Shown here: one piece after another, positions 21,215-34,219 of the stretch
Position numbering within the stretch: position 1 is the first letter of the stretch
How the letters are laid out: each line of letters opens with the position of its first letter
Assembly: GCA_028534125.1 (NCBI GenBank)
Contig: CM052816.1
Span: 77,936,001-78,000,000 of the forward strand
Origin: Lama glama
Taxonomy: Eukaryota
DNA: 64,000 bases
Reading direction: 5' to 3'
Notes under the pieces: generated by a model
The model's input: the letters and a program-made list of their open reading frames with translations, nothing else
Databases searched by the model: none
Told to the model about the DNA's origin: nothing
Made by a program: the position numbers and the translations under genes

Positions 21215-23399
21215 ATATCAGCATTGACTTCCTTTTACAGACGAGGAAACTATGGCACAGTGACCTGCCCAGATCACACAGGTTGGATGTGGGGGAGCCT
21301 GGCACGGAACACTTCAAGCACATCAAAGGCCAGTGGCAGCTGGGGTACAGAGGAGGGAGAGATCTATGATAGCTCCAGTAAGGAAGGGGCCTTAAGCTAA
21401 GGCTTGAAAGATGAGTGTTTCTGCCAGGAGATGAGGGGAAAGGACGCACGGTCTCAGGGGAGCAGCAGAGAGAACTGAGTGAGCACAACACTAATCTTGG
21501 CTTGGTGGTGACGGGTCATAAGTGCAGGGTGGCAGTTATTTTTACCACTGTGTCTCCAGCACCTACATGGTACCTGGCACAAAGTAGGTTCGTGATAAAC
21601 GTGTATTGAGTGAAGAGGTTAGGGTAGTGAAGGAAAAGAGAAAATTGGAGAGACAACAGAGAAAAGGGAAGGGGAGAGAGAGTTAAGGGTTACCTGCACC
21701 CATGTGAGCACTGATGCCACAGGGTGGGTGAGATCTCAGGCATGTGGGTAGAAGCAGGTGAATAGGGATCTGGAGGCAGACACAGTGGAGACACTGTATC
21801 ATACTGACCCACCACCGCTGTGCTTTCCCCAATCCACTTAGATAATTACTACTTGGTTTCTTGTTCTCAACAATTTAACTAAGCTGAGCCAGTCAGAATA
21901 GTCCAGAGACCACCTTCCTTTCCCATCCCCACACATCGTAACATCATTTACTTTCTTTTCCTTCACGAGAAGATATTTCAAGAAATATGCCCCTGTCTCA
22001 ATTTCTTTGGCATCCTGAATATCTCATTTATTAACTTGAACTCACCATTTTCAATCTTGGAAAAATATTTGACTGTACATCTCTTTGGAGAAGAGAAATC
22101 TTTTGTCTTCTCCTTAGAAAAAAGGATGTGCCCTTCAAAACAGGGTTTGGTGGCAACAGGAGCAGAGCTCTCATGGATGCAGATGTGGGTAGTGTCCTCC
22201 CAAAGGGACAGGAGCCCTGGCTTGGGGACTTGATGCCCTTGGGCCTTGGTGGCAGGGCTGACTCAGATGCTCTCTCCCTCCCCCATTGACATTCAATTCC
22301 TCTGACTTGACTCGGTTATACGGCTGCCTGATAAAGGAGAAAACCAGCTTGCTACGCCAATGTGGACCTTGCCATGGTGATTTCGTGCTGGAAATTAACT
22401 AATCCAGTGTCTTGGATTAGTTTAAGTGCCCGTGGACTTACCCTTGATCTGTGGACAAAATGCAGTGACAGAGCCTGTGGGCTGAGGCACAGCCCTTGAA
22501 CCTGGTGAATTCCCCAGGGCCATGACTTCTGTCTGAGAAGCTGCTAGGGAACAGACCTCCCTCCCCAGAAATGAATGATCTGGGCTCTTTTTTTTTTTAA
22601 ACTGAGTCTCTCTACTCTGATCACCTGCCACCTCCTTCCACAACCCCTCTTTCTTACTCCTGAGACTGCCATGAAATTTTAATTTAAATGTTGATCATGG
22701 AAGGCCCTTCTCAATGTATACTTTCTAATTTAACCACTGGGGATGGTGTTCTAGACATCAACTTTTAGACTGTGAAAAAAAGGTACTCCTAAATGACAGT
22801 GTTCACAGTTCAATTAAGTTCCTTAAAGCACCATTTCTGGATACATTTTGTGAAGTCACAGCCTAGAAAAACAAAAACTCCCAAATGGCTTTAAGAATAA
22901 AACCATTTTCCGATTGTCAAACAGATTAATTCATAAACATTTTCTCGCGTTTGTTTTTTTAACTTTCCCCTTCCAGGGGCAGAGATAGGAAACATAATTT
23001 GTGCAGAAATGTGTTGATGGTGCTGCTGGAGGCCAGGGGGCTGCTGGGATGCTGTTTGCCCCCTGCTCGACACCCCCACTCCATCCCCTCCACCCCAGGG
23101 AGCAAGCATGCACTCACACAACAGGTGTGACCCATGGGGACTCACGTGAAATCAGGACGCAGCCAACAAGACTGCAGCTCACATACATACAATCTGCATC
23201 AGTCTGCAAACCTGCTCCCTTTGTAACCACACCTCCGAGGTTCATTTTGCCCTTCTGACAACTCCCTATAACTCTTCCATCCAAAAGATGGCCTTTCCCA
23301 ACATTTTTCTTCTCAACTTTGTTGCTCCAGGCTGCCTTGGATGTTAGGATAAATAGTGTTTAGAATGCCTTCTGTTTTCTCTGTCTTATAAGCACGACC

Positions 23400-24185
23400 T
23401 CATTTAATCCTGAACAGAGCTAGGAGGGAGACGCAATCAGTACCCACATTTTACAACTGGACACCTATAGCTCAGAGAGGTGCCTATTAACCTGGTTAGG
23501 ACCACCTGGTTGGAAGGAGCAGAGCCAGGTCTTGAACCAGGATAAGGCTGACTCCACGGAGCCTATACTCTCTTCCAGTCACGTCCTCTGACTACGCTGT
23601 GTCACCTGACAGATGGAAGGGTGGGTCATGGGCGTCACAGCCACTAGATGAGCAAGAGGACAAAGCAGAACTTTGCTTTGCTCCCACTTGTGGCTCCCTG
23701 GCCAATGCATTTCTTACCAGAAATGGAATTGCCCAAGTATTTATTTGTAAGAGGTGCAGAGCAATACAATGGGGAAAACATGTACCCAAGAAGCAGAAGC
23801 TCAGGGAGCCAGTCACACTTTTGCACTTGTAAGTTGGGTTGACCGCGGGTGTAGATATAAATCACCCAGACACTCTGTTCTTGCTTCCTCATCTGTGTAA
23901 TAAGGATGAACAATGCCTGCCCTGCCTTCTTCTCAAGGCTGCTATGAGGATCAATGGGGCAATAGCAATGAAAATGATAAAATAAATCCTATAAATTATG
24001 TATAAATACATATTTTCATATGGGTGTATTAATGTCTGATGAAAGAACATTTTGGAGTCATTGAATCCATTCCTTAGCTCTGCTCTTGGGCACAGCATTC
24101 AATTTCTCCTGGCCTCAGGTTCCCCATTTGTAAAATGTGACCATAGGGTTCGTTGAACCCTAAGCCTCTTTCTAGCTCTGACATT
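23400..24185. mobile_element. Cluster of MIR SINE fragments in both orientations
   Basis: cccacattttacaactgg…gctcagagagg; ttcctcatctgtgtaataagg…tgaggatcaa; cctcaggttccccatttgtaaaatg. Confidence 0.6.
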
Positions 24186-24409
24186 CAGCAGGCCGATGAC
24201 TCCTCCTGATTCCTCCCGTGGTTCCCACCCAGACCCTGGTGACCAAGAAAACCCAGAGATGGGGTTTCCTCGCACAGAGCCATCTGCCCTCTCAATCAAG
24301 GGGAGGCTGGAGATTAAATAGCAAAGGTGCCCGAGGAATGTTCAACAGCAGAAAATGGCGGCATAAAGTGCTGAGAGGGGGAGCAAGCTTTATCCCCTCC
24401 ACAATGTTT

Positions 24410-25170
24410 TATCAGTGAATGTTATGTGCCACCTAGTGTACTGGAAATAAGATGGGATTCAAGAAACAGCTCAGAGAGGGAGACAGGCTTTAAATAAATA
24501 TTTTCCCAGGTAATTATTTAACTGGAGTTGCGACATAGTCTAGGAAGACGATGTTTATCGGGAGATTATATAATGGGGGCAGGAATGTCTCAGGAGGATT
24601 TCCTAAGGAAGCAGCATTTCAAACTCGTTCTTGAAGGAGCCTCTGGAGTTGGCAGGGCATGGCAGGGGATTGAGAAGGTGGAGAGACTGTGCTAGGCAGA
24701 AGGAACATCCAGTGCAGAGGTCTTTTAATGAGGAGAGTTCTTGATGTAGTTGAGTTGCTGCAGATAAGCTGATTTGGCTGAAATGCTGGGAGTGAGGGGA
24801 AGCGTGGCAGGACATGCATAAGCTCTGAGATACAGACAAGGACAGATCCTGCAGGGTCTTGGAGGTCAAGAGGAGGAACTGGGGCTTTATCCTAAGAGCA
24901 CAGAGATGCCACTAGAAGGTTTTTCAGCTAGAGGCTATGTTCCAGGTGACTGTCCAGAAAGATCACTCTGGAAGCAGCAAATCTATTAGTGCGATACAGG
25001 AGTGCATGTGACAAACCAGCCAAGATGCTAGTGCAATGGTCTAAGGCGAAAGAGGACAGCAGCTGGGCCCAGGACGGTGGCCACAGAGACAAAGAAACAT
25101 GGAAGGAGTTGAGAGATACGTTAAGAGGCGGGATGCTCAGGATATGGCCATTGATTGGGTGGGGGTGGGG
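24410..25170 (-). mobile_element. L2 fragment
   Basis: ggggctttatcctaagagcacagagatgccactagaaggttttt…gaaagatcactctggaagcag. Confidence 0.65.
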
Positions 25171-28100
25171 GAAGAGGGAAGTAACTTGCACACTACACAT
25201 TATAACCCACTGGAGTTACTGGTACCATGAACCCCAATTTCCAGATGAACAAAGGAAGTCTCAGAGAGGTTGAGGGGCTTATCCAGATTAAAGAGCTAAA
25301 AAGTGAGGTTCCCAGAACTCTCGGCTCTTAAGTCATAATTATTTCAGGTATGTAAAGGCTCTCATCCCAAGTGATTCATCCTAAGTGCTATCATTACTTC
25401 ACGGGAAACTCAGTGAAGGTCTGATTTCATGTGCACTGAATTCTAACCACACTCCAGCGAAGGCCATATGATGAGCAGGGACTCGAGTGGGCAAGTGACA
25501 TCATGACCCAAATAGAGTCGCTATTCAAGTGTGTGCTGTGGCCTCCTTACACCATCACCTAATTATAGCTCCTGAGGAAGTGCTGTACAATAACACACTG
25601 TGCAGAGGCCAATGGGTGACTGTCTGTGGGCCAGACGGTCCTGTGAATCTGAGTTGATATTTGGAAGACAATGTGAAAAACAAGCTCAGTGAGGTTTTTG
25701 CGGTGGGGTTTTTGGCCCATCAAGTCATAAATCTTTCAGGTCCAAGAGAAAGGCCTGTTCAGCTTGTGAGTTGAACAGGCTCTTCCAAACTCCGGAATGA
25801 GCACAATTGAAAGTATGCCGATCTTGGAGCCTTCTCTCCTCCCATCCCAAAAAAAGGGAACAAAGAGGTCACAAAGTTCTCATCAACGTGGGTGCATCTG
25901 ACACAGGGCAAGTCACTCACACACCACGGCACCCCTCAATGCACGGGCCCAGCACGGTTGACCAAGACAAACGTTGACTGCTTTCCAAATATTCTGGCTT
26001 TAATGGCTATAGTTAAGTAACTTCCCCCAAAGCCATAATGACAAGCGACAGAGTCTGGAAACTGAGTCTCTCGGGGCACGGGGTCCCGCCACCTTGGAAC
26101 CCTTCTCAGCCCCGGGTTCCCCAAGCGCGCAGTGAGGACCGGCTCTGCCTCCAGGCACCGCAGTGATGTTAACACCAGCAAAGCGCCTCCCGCAGGCCTC
26201 GGCTCCGCGGGAGCGCAACAAATTAGCTCCACCAATTCCAACACAGCGGCACCGGAGTACACAGAGCGTTCCAAATGGAATCAAAATGAATATAATTTGT
26301 ATACTGATTTGTCCAGACTGACATCTGAGGGTCAAGCATATCTTGGAGAGATTATTTACATCAAGCAACAACCAGTTTCCATCTCTTAAACCCTTCAGTG
26401 ACTATAATTCAAGGTTTTACCACGCTTTGGATCCTTGAAAGCAGCGTGGCTGTGGGAAATGCACACAGCACAGTCAGTGTTGCTCCCCACCTCGCCTGGA
26501 TTTTGCCTGCCTTTGGTTGACAAACATTTATTCCACTTACTGAGTTAAGATGTGGAGCCAGATGCTGGCTCTACAAACAAGCGGAAGGGCTGGTCGTTGG
26601 TGTCACGTGGTCCACCTTCTAGCGTGGAGGGAGGCCTGTGAGCCGTGGTTACGATGCGATGTAATAACAGCTATAAAAGCAGTAAATTCCAGCTGGTGGT
26701 GGGAGAGGACCTGGGGAGCTACTGCCTCTGCTTCAGAGGGAGGGGAATTCAAGAAAGCCTGCCTCTCCCACAATTCCTCCATCTCAGGAAAGCTGCGATG
26801 GAGGTGCCAATAAGTTAGCCAATTAGCTGTTAGTGAGAAGTGGGTTTATCTGGGTGATCGTGGGGAGGGAGTGCTGTAGAACAGTGGGAAGGGGCACCAA
26901 CCAACCGAACCCCACCATGATTTTGTCCCACGCACTCCATTTCGAGGGGACACAGTGGGGAGGCACAGTGACCTCCTCACAGCTGACAATGATGGACGGC
27001 AGGCTGGCCTGCTCTCCTCCCCTCACCCCTCTCCGTGTATCACTTTCTTCCACCCTGTCCTTAGCCTCTGACACCCAGAACGTTTTATCCAGTTAGGCGG
27101 ACTGGCCACCAGCTCCCCTCCCTCGTGTAACCGAATACCTTACCCTGAAGATACTCAGACTCCTGGCCTCCGCTCAACCCTCCGGTTGACAGCGTGGCCG
27201 CACAGCCAGCCAGCGGGCCCAGTGCCCCACCGGTTTCTAATTAAAACGGAACACGTGTTTCTCTAGACGCAGAACAATTTCTTGGAGGAGGAACAACAGG
27301 TTCCTCTAACGTTGGCCTTCAGGTCTCCCAGGGATGGGCTGTTTGAGAAGGAAAGGCCAACAGGCTGGATTTAGAAAGTACATGCAGGTGTATTATTATT
27401 ATTATTTCCTTTTTTCTAGCCATGGTGCTACCTGATGCTGCCTGTAAAGAACTTAAGTATGTCTCTGGAATGGCATTCAATTGCTGAAAAAAATCACATT
27501 ATGTGTTAAAGCTGCAAAAATAAAACAGAATTTCCTGTTTTCCCGTAGGTTATAAAAATTTACCTAATCCTCTCCAGATTGATCAGGGCTAAGCACTGTG
27601 CTATGGAAATGTAAACACTTCCAAAAATAAAACAGCTTTTATAATTAAAAGCTAACCACAAAATTAACCCAAACTCCAAAGCCATCTGTGATGGAGAGAG
27701 AGGAATGGAAAGCTGGCAGGATCCAGCCCAGAGGCTGCAGACCTTGTCACCTAAAGGCAGGGGTGATAGTCAAAGTATTTAACAGTCATCATGGCTGAGG
27801 GCAAGGATAGTCAGCAAATGGATATGAGATCTTGTGATGCAGCAGGGAGCTGGAGGCCCTTAATGCCAGGTGGAACTTCTTCATAGCCAGATTGTAGGGA
27901 AGTGGGCTTGGGGGTTCTCTGGGAGAATGTGCCCCCTGGAGGAAGGGGAGCTCAGGAAAGCATTTACCAAGAGAACAGGCAGATTTCCCCAGTGTAACAA
28001 CTGGGTCAGGTATCCCAGTACACACCCACTAAATATTAAAAATTTGTATTTTATTTTGGCAAGTAACACACATTAAAAAATAAAGCTTCTATAAATATTT

Positions 28101-28538
28101 TGCAAACAAAATCTTCTTAGAATTGCCAGAAAGCTCTAAATATCATTAATATAATTTTGTGGTAGGTTGATTGCAATTTGTGTTTGGGTTTGGTCATGAT
28201 ACAGTATACAGAAATTCCCAGCATAGATGAGTGAGTTGTCATTGGACAGAGGTGATCTAAAAATTTTCCACTTTTGGTTTCTCTTCTGATTTCTGGTTCC
28301 ATATTTGGTGGTTTTAAATGAACATGGTACTACTCTATTCAAACAATTTTCCTTTTAGTAGGTTAGGAATCTAAGTCACTTATGGTCTAATTAAATTGTT
28401 CTTGGAAATGTGAAATTCATACCTGAAGATAAGGGAACAGATTTAAAATTGAAATATTATAATAGGGGACTAACAGTTGGAAATAAATGGACCATTACAC
28501 ATTAGAAATAATAATAATAATAATAGTAATGCTGTGTG

Positions 28539-29411
28539 AGGCACATGAAAAAATACTCAGTATTGCTAATTACCAGAGAAATGCAAATCAAAACTGTAAT
28601 GAGGTATCACCTCATACCAGTCAAAATGGCCATCATTCAAAAGTCTACAAACCATAAATGCTTGAGAGGCTGTGGAGAAAAGGGAACCCTCCTACACTGT
28701 TTGTGGGAATGTAGTTTGGTGTAGCCATTATGGAGATTCCTTAAAAAATTAAAAATAGACCTACCATATGATCCAACAATCCTAATCCTGGGCATATATC
28801 CAGAGGGAACTCAAATTCAAAAAGATACATGCATCCTAATGTTCATAGCAGCACTATTTACAACAGCCAAGACATAGAAACAACCTAAATGTCCATCAGC
28901 AGATGACTGGATAAAGCAGCTGTGGTATATTTATCCAATGGAGTACTACTCAGCCATAAAAAAGAATAAAATAATGCCATTTGCAGCAACATGGATAGAT
29001 CTGGAGACTGTCATTCTAAGTGAAGTAAGCCAGAAAGAGAAAGACAACTACCATATGATGTCACTCATAGGTGAAATCTAAAAAGAAAAGAAAAAAGAAG
29101 ACACTAATGAACTTATCCACAAACAGAAATAGACTCAAGACATAGTAAACAAACTTATGGTTACCAGGGGAAAGAGGGTGGGAAGGGATAAATTGGGAGT
29201 TCAAGATGTGCAAATACTAACTACTATATATAAAATAAATTAAAAAAACAAATGTCTTCTGTATAACACAAGGAACTATATTCAATATCTTACAGTAACC
29301 TATAATGAGAAAGAATATGAAAACAAATATATGTATATATGACTGAAACATGCTGTACACCAGAAATTGACACATTGTAATTGACTACACTTCAATAATA
29401 ATAATAATAAT
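28539..29411 (+). mobile_element. 5'-truncated lineage-specific L1 (ORF2 C-terminus plus 3' UTR)
   Basis: [33 protein letters not shown] remnant; 3' end tgctgtacaccagaaattgacacattgtaattgactacacttcaat; flanked by (AAT)n…ctgtgtga on both sides. Confidence 0.92.
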
Positions 29412-31944
29412 AACACTGTGTGAACCAAACCAAACAGATTGGTATGTGAACATTTTACAACACCTGCTGGACAGTGATCAGGCGGGTCAGGGCCACCTGG
29501 ATCCATGGCCTCCACAGAAACATGAACCCACCGAGTTGTTCCAAAAGCCAAAATCTCTCACCATCCTCAAAGCCCTGGTTCAGGCCACCTCACATCTCAC
29601 CTGCATTACCACAACAGACCCAACTGGTCCTCCAGCATCATGGACATTCCCCTCTTCCAAACCTACCATCTCCTATTGTAATGACTTGTCTGTCTCAACC
29701 AGAGACTTTGTCTTATTTTTTGCTGTATCTGCAGGGCCCTGCATAGAGTTTGGCACCCAGTAGGCAGAAATAGGGAGAGAAAGGAGGAAGGGAAGTTTTC
29801 TTCAGCTATTTTTCACTCTTTAGTATCATGTCAAGCAGTAGCATATAATTGTGATATGTGGTACTGCAACTTAGCTTTATTTAACTCAGAAGATGCTCAC
29901 TTAAGCAAAGAGGAAATAAGAATGTGATACCTAAAGATTTCATATCATAAGAGAAAGTCCAAAATTGAAAGATGCAGCAAATGCATTTATAATAGTCATG
30001 GCCACCATGTTATCTCTTTCTTTTAAACTCAACCATTGAAGGATTTTTTAATCATAAAAGCATAGCATCAATTGTCTAATAATGTATTACAAAATTAAAT
30101 ATAAATTTTAGAAAGCCAGTCTGTAGCCATTTCTCCTATAATATCTCATTTCTGAACATTTATGTATCTTTCAGGTCTCAGGAGTTTCTCTTAAAAAGAG
30201 ATAGACCTTGATATCCAACAATGTAAATATACTTAATATAACTGAACTGTACACTTAAAAATGGTTAAGATGGTAAATTTTATGTTACACGTTTTTTATT
30301 GTAATAAAATAAATGTCAAAATAAGTATATAGGAAAAGATAGATGGTCCTCAACCACCTTCCTTCTTCAGAGGTCCTTGTAATGGAGAAAGCTGGTGCCA
30401 ACACAAGATAAAGAATTACAAGGGGAGAAATTGAGATGGAGCCCATACCCTTGATCCTGGCACTCCATTGTCTGGTCTTGGAACAGCTGTTCCCAGGAGT
30501 AAGTAGTTTCTCTCTAGTTGTTACGATCCTATACTGCCAGGATATTCATTCATTCAGTAGACATATATTGAGTGCCTACTACGGAAGCTCTGAGGATATC
30601 ATTAAAACATAGTCCGCTCTTGACTTACTCTAAATCCAGACTCTGGTGAGTGTACTGCCAATATACTTGGAGTTGTAGGTGAAGCAGGTGCTTGCTAAGG
30701 CACAGCGTGTCTGTGATCCACCAGTCCTTAGCAACATTCCCTCACCTGGTCATGAGGTTAGGTGGCCCCAGGGGTGCCCACGCCTGCCCGCAGCTAGAAA
30801 TGCCCACCTCTTTCTTATTCACTTCCAGGTATGACAGCATCCAATGCCTCCTTGTTAGTTTCCTCCTTGCCATATCGTGCTCTCATTGCAAGAGATCCTG
30901 GGCTTCCTTCAGGAAACAAAACAAAAGCTGTAGGCAAAATGAATAGCGGAGGTGAAGGGCATCTGTATATGCCCAGAAGGCAAGGGAATGTAAACATACG
31001 CCACTGCTGTGTTTCCCTAAGCCCTGAGTCTTCTACTTTCTGTACCCCTGAAAATTCACCAAAAAGCAGTATTTTCTTATCCTCAGGCTGGCTCCTGGGA
31101 AAGGCACTTATTCATGTATCCCTAGCATTCCCAGTGGATTGGTGGGAGTTAGATTAAAGGATATTAGACCCAAAAGCCAGCTTAGAGTCAAGAAATCTCA
31201 CTATACAGTCAAAGAAATGGAGACTAAAACAGATTAGCAAGTTTTCTAAGCTCACAGCAAATTATTGGCCAAGTCTAGACCAGAATTCAAGTCTCCTGAC
31301 TCCCACCATAATCTATGCCCAGCATGAGATTGCTGCATTAAGAGAACAGAAGTAGACTATTCAGTTATAGCTGATCCAATTTCAGACTTTGGTCACATAA
31401 AAGTCATAAAAGTTTTTCCTGGTCATTTTAAACTTCTTTTTCTGATAACTCTGGATTAAGGTAATATTAGCAACCCATAATACTCCATGGATTTAATATA
31501 GAAAGGTGGGAGGGGCTACCAGGAAGACCACCACCCTGGTGATTGAATCATATTCCAATTCCAGGTCTAGTTCTGCCTGGGCCATCGAGAGCAAAGAAAT
31601 GGAGAATGTCAGCACCCAATTCAAGAGACCCCTATGGGCAGACACCACAACCAGTCTCCTTGGTGAGGTCAATCAACCATGTAGATTATGCAGTGGCCAG
31701 TTTGAAAAGCAGGACCCCAACCTTAAGTTCAGTTCTCCAGGTAATGGAATGATGTCGCTGTTGGCTCTAGAAGACATCTCTGCATCTCAGCATCTTCATG
31801 AATGAAATAATTTTTTGTGAAAATCAAAAGATAAAGTGATAGCTATTATTACATTGTATCTAAGTTTAAGTTAGCACACTTTTTATCTATATTACCTCTG
31901 CTGTCATACAGTACCTTTCCTCTTAAGAACTCAAAATACAGAGT

Positions 31945-32285
31945 GCTCCTGTATGACACCACTTACATGTGGAATCTAGAAAACAAAACACTCTAGTGAA
32001 AATAACAAAAAAGAAGCAGACTCAGATAAAGAGAACAAACTAGTGGTTACCAGCGGGGAGAGGGAAGCGGGGAGGGGCAAAATAGTGGTAGGGGATTAAG
32101 AGGTACAGACTATTATGTATAAAATAAATAAGGTACAAGGATGTTTTGCACAACATAGGGAATATTTGTAGTACTTTGTATTAATTATAAATGAAATATA
32201 ACCTTTAAAAACTGAAATCACTATGTTGTGCACTTGCTAACTTCTGTAATATTGTACATCAACCGTACTTCAATTTAAAAAACGG
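31945..32285 (+). mobile_element. L1 3' UTR fragment
   Basis: cacttacatgtggaatcta…agagaacaaactagtggttaccagcggggagaggg…atattgtacatcaaccgtacttcaatttaaaa. Confidence 0.8.
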
Positions 32286-32559
32286 AAAAAATGGGGTGCT
32301 TCATTTTGCAGTTAGAAGAATAGAGTATCAAAAGGTTGCAGTGGGGCCAAGACTGAAAACCTCCTTGGGTCTTCTCAGATCAAGCCAGCCATTCTCTCTA
32401 CTCAGTAATGCCATCAAGGTCTTATGGGCATCTGAGGTTCCAGGTTTCCCAAATGTACTCAAGTTCATCATCTGAAGGAAGATGAGGTGTTCCTTCTTCA
32501 GTTGTGTTTCATGAGGCTGAGTCCATGACCTCCTGACCTCCTGTTTCAGAGTCACTCAG

Positions 32560-32685
32560 GACAGTGGTTACAAATGCAGATTCCCGGGCCCTGCCTCGGG
32601 AACATATTGCCTCTGAATGGCTGGGGATGGGGCCCAGGATTTGGTATTTTTAATGACTGTCCCTAGATGACTCTGATGTAGTCAG
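32560..32685. mobile_element. MER5A-like fragment
   Basis: aaatgcagattcccgggccc…ggggcccaggatttggtatttttaa…gatgactctgatg. Confidence 0.55.
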
Positions 32686-34219
32686 TCTAACGTTTTAGAT
32701 TCAGTTTCTTCTGATAGTGGATCACCCTTTTATGGAGAGAACATATACCGGAAGGTGGGTCTTATCCCAGAGAACCTTCCTCCAGGCAACATTCTTTCAG
32801 CAGCTTGTAAGATACCACAAGCTGTCAGAATGGGCAGCATGGAGAAGGATATATCCCCGATGGCATTTTGGATTCTAGAAGGGGCAAGGGTCCAACCCCT
32901 ATTTCCCAGAGAATGACTGCTTCGACAAAGGGCTGAGCGAGAGGTTAGCAATGCAGCAACAGCCACAAGTATGTTCCACCCAGACGGACGCTGCCCCAAC
33001 CACATGACTTACACCCCAGTCATGGGTTTGACTTTTGCGGGATCTCTGGTCTGGCATTTTCTGAGACCAGATCACTCTCCCTGTATCTGAGGGTTAATAG
33101 GATATTTATCAATAATGCCCATAAAATGCCACCTTGGGGATAGAGAAACTCCTGACCCCAGGGTAAGCTTAGCCACACCTTATGTCTAGTTTAAGTCTAG
33201 TTTAAGTCCCTGTCCTTCGATTTCTTTAGAAACAAAACAGAAACTCTCTCACTGCCCTGCCTCTAAGGGGCATGGCCAGGAGAAAGAGACAGGACTTGCA
33301 GAAAGCTGAGTGCTGCAGAGGAGAAGCCTCAGCCCACCCTCGGATGCCCCTGTGGAGTCCACGCTCTGGAATTTAGGGGCCACCCTCGCCTGAAAATCAA
33401 AATGGTTCATACCCTGGGCCTTGCCAAGCAGCACGCCCAGGAATAGAACCGATGGGAAGCCAGCTGCCCCTTCTGATCCCACACAAGGCCTCCCAGCGCG
33501 TGAGTACTTGGCCCCTCAGTGCTCACTCCTTCAGCACACTCCAGTTCGGCACCCTACTCCCCACCCGGGGCCTGGAGCCCACGCGGCGCACTGCCAACAC
33601 TGTTGGAACCCACAGGAGCCTCTGCACATCGCCCTCAAGGCAGCAAGTGGGCCGGGCCCTTCTTCCCACCTTCTCCATCTCCCCATCAGGCGGTCCCGGG
33701 ATGTGTCTTCATCTCTCCTTTACTCTTTTCAAAGCAGGCTTAAAATTCTCGGTGGTTTAAAAAAAGAGCGCGGGAAGAGGGGGGCGGGTTGGAGATTGGA
33801 AAGACTAGATTCAAGAGTGATTACACTCAAAATCCTCAAAATCTAAAGTCTTTAGTGAGGCTTCCAAATATTTGGATTCTCCAATGCCTGTTTCTAAAAG
33901 AACAATCTGAAATTTAATTGCATGCTTCAGTTAATGAAAAGACTCCAATATGACTAATTATGGCTGAGAAAGTTAGTAAAGTAAAATGGAGAAACTCATT
34001 TGTTTTTGTGGATTGCATTTGAAAGACATGGGCAGGATAATCCAGATCTACCTCTGAAAGCCACTCAGAGGTCGACAGAAGGCCAACCAAGCTGAGAGAA
34101 GATTAGTCTAGAACTGATGGGAAACTCATTTCAGTTAGGCCAAATTTATGCACAGTAGAGTGATTTATGCAAACTCAAAGATGTATCGGCCCCCTGCACA
34201 ACCAGAATAACTGTCACAT

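Noticed and set aside
26672..26679. TATAAAAG as a promoter
   Set aside because: Lies in what looks like decayed L2 sequence; no associated exon or initiator evidence.
33184..33208. Short direct repeats (gtctagtttaa twice; also aaatactgtc twice near 62061)
   Set aside because: Ordinary slippage duplications expected in 64 kb.
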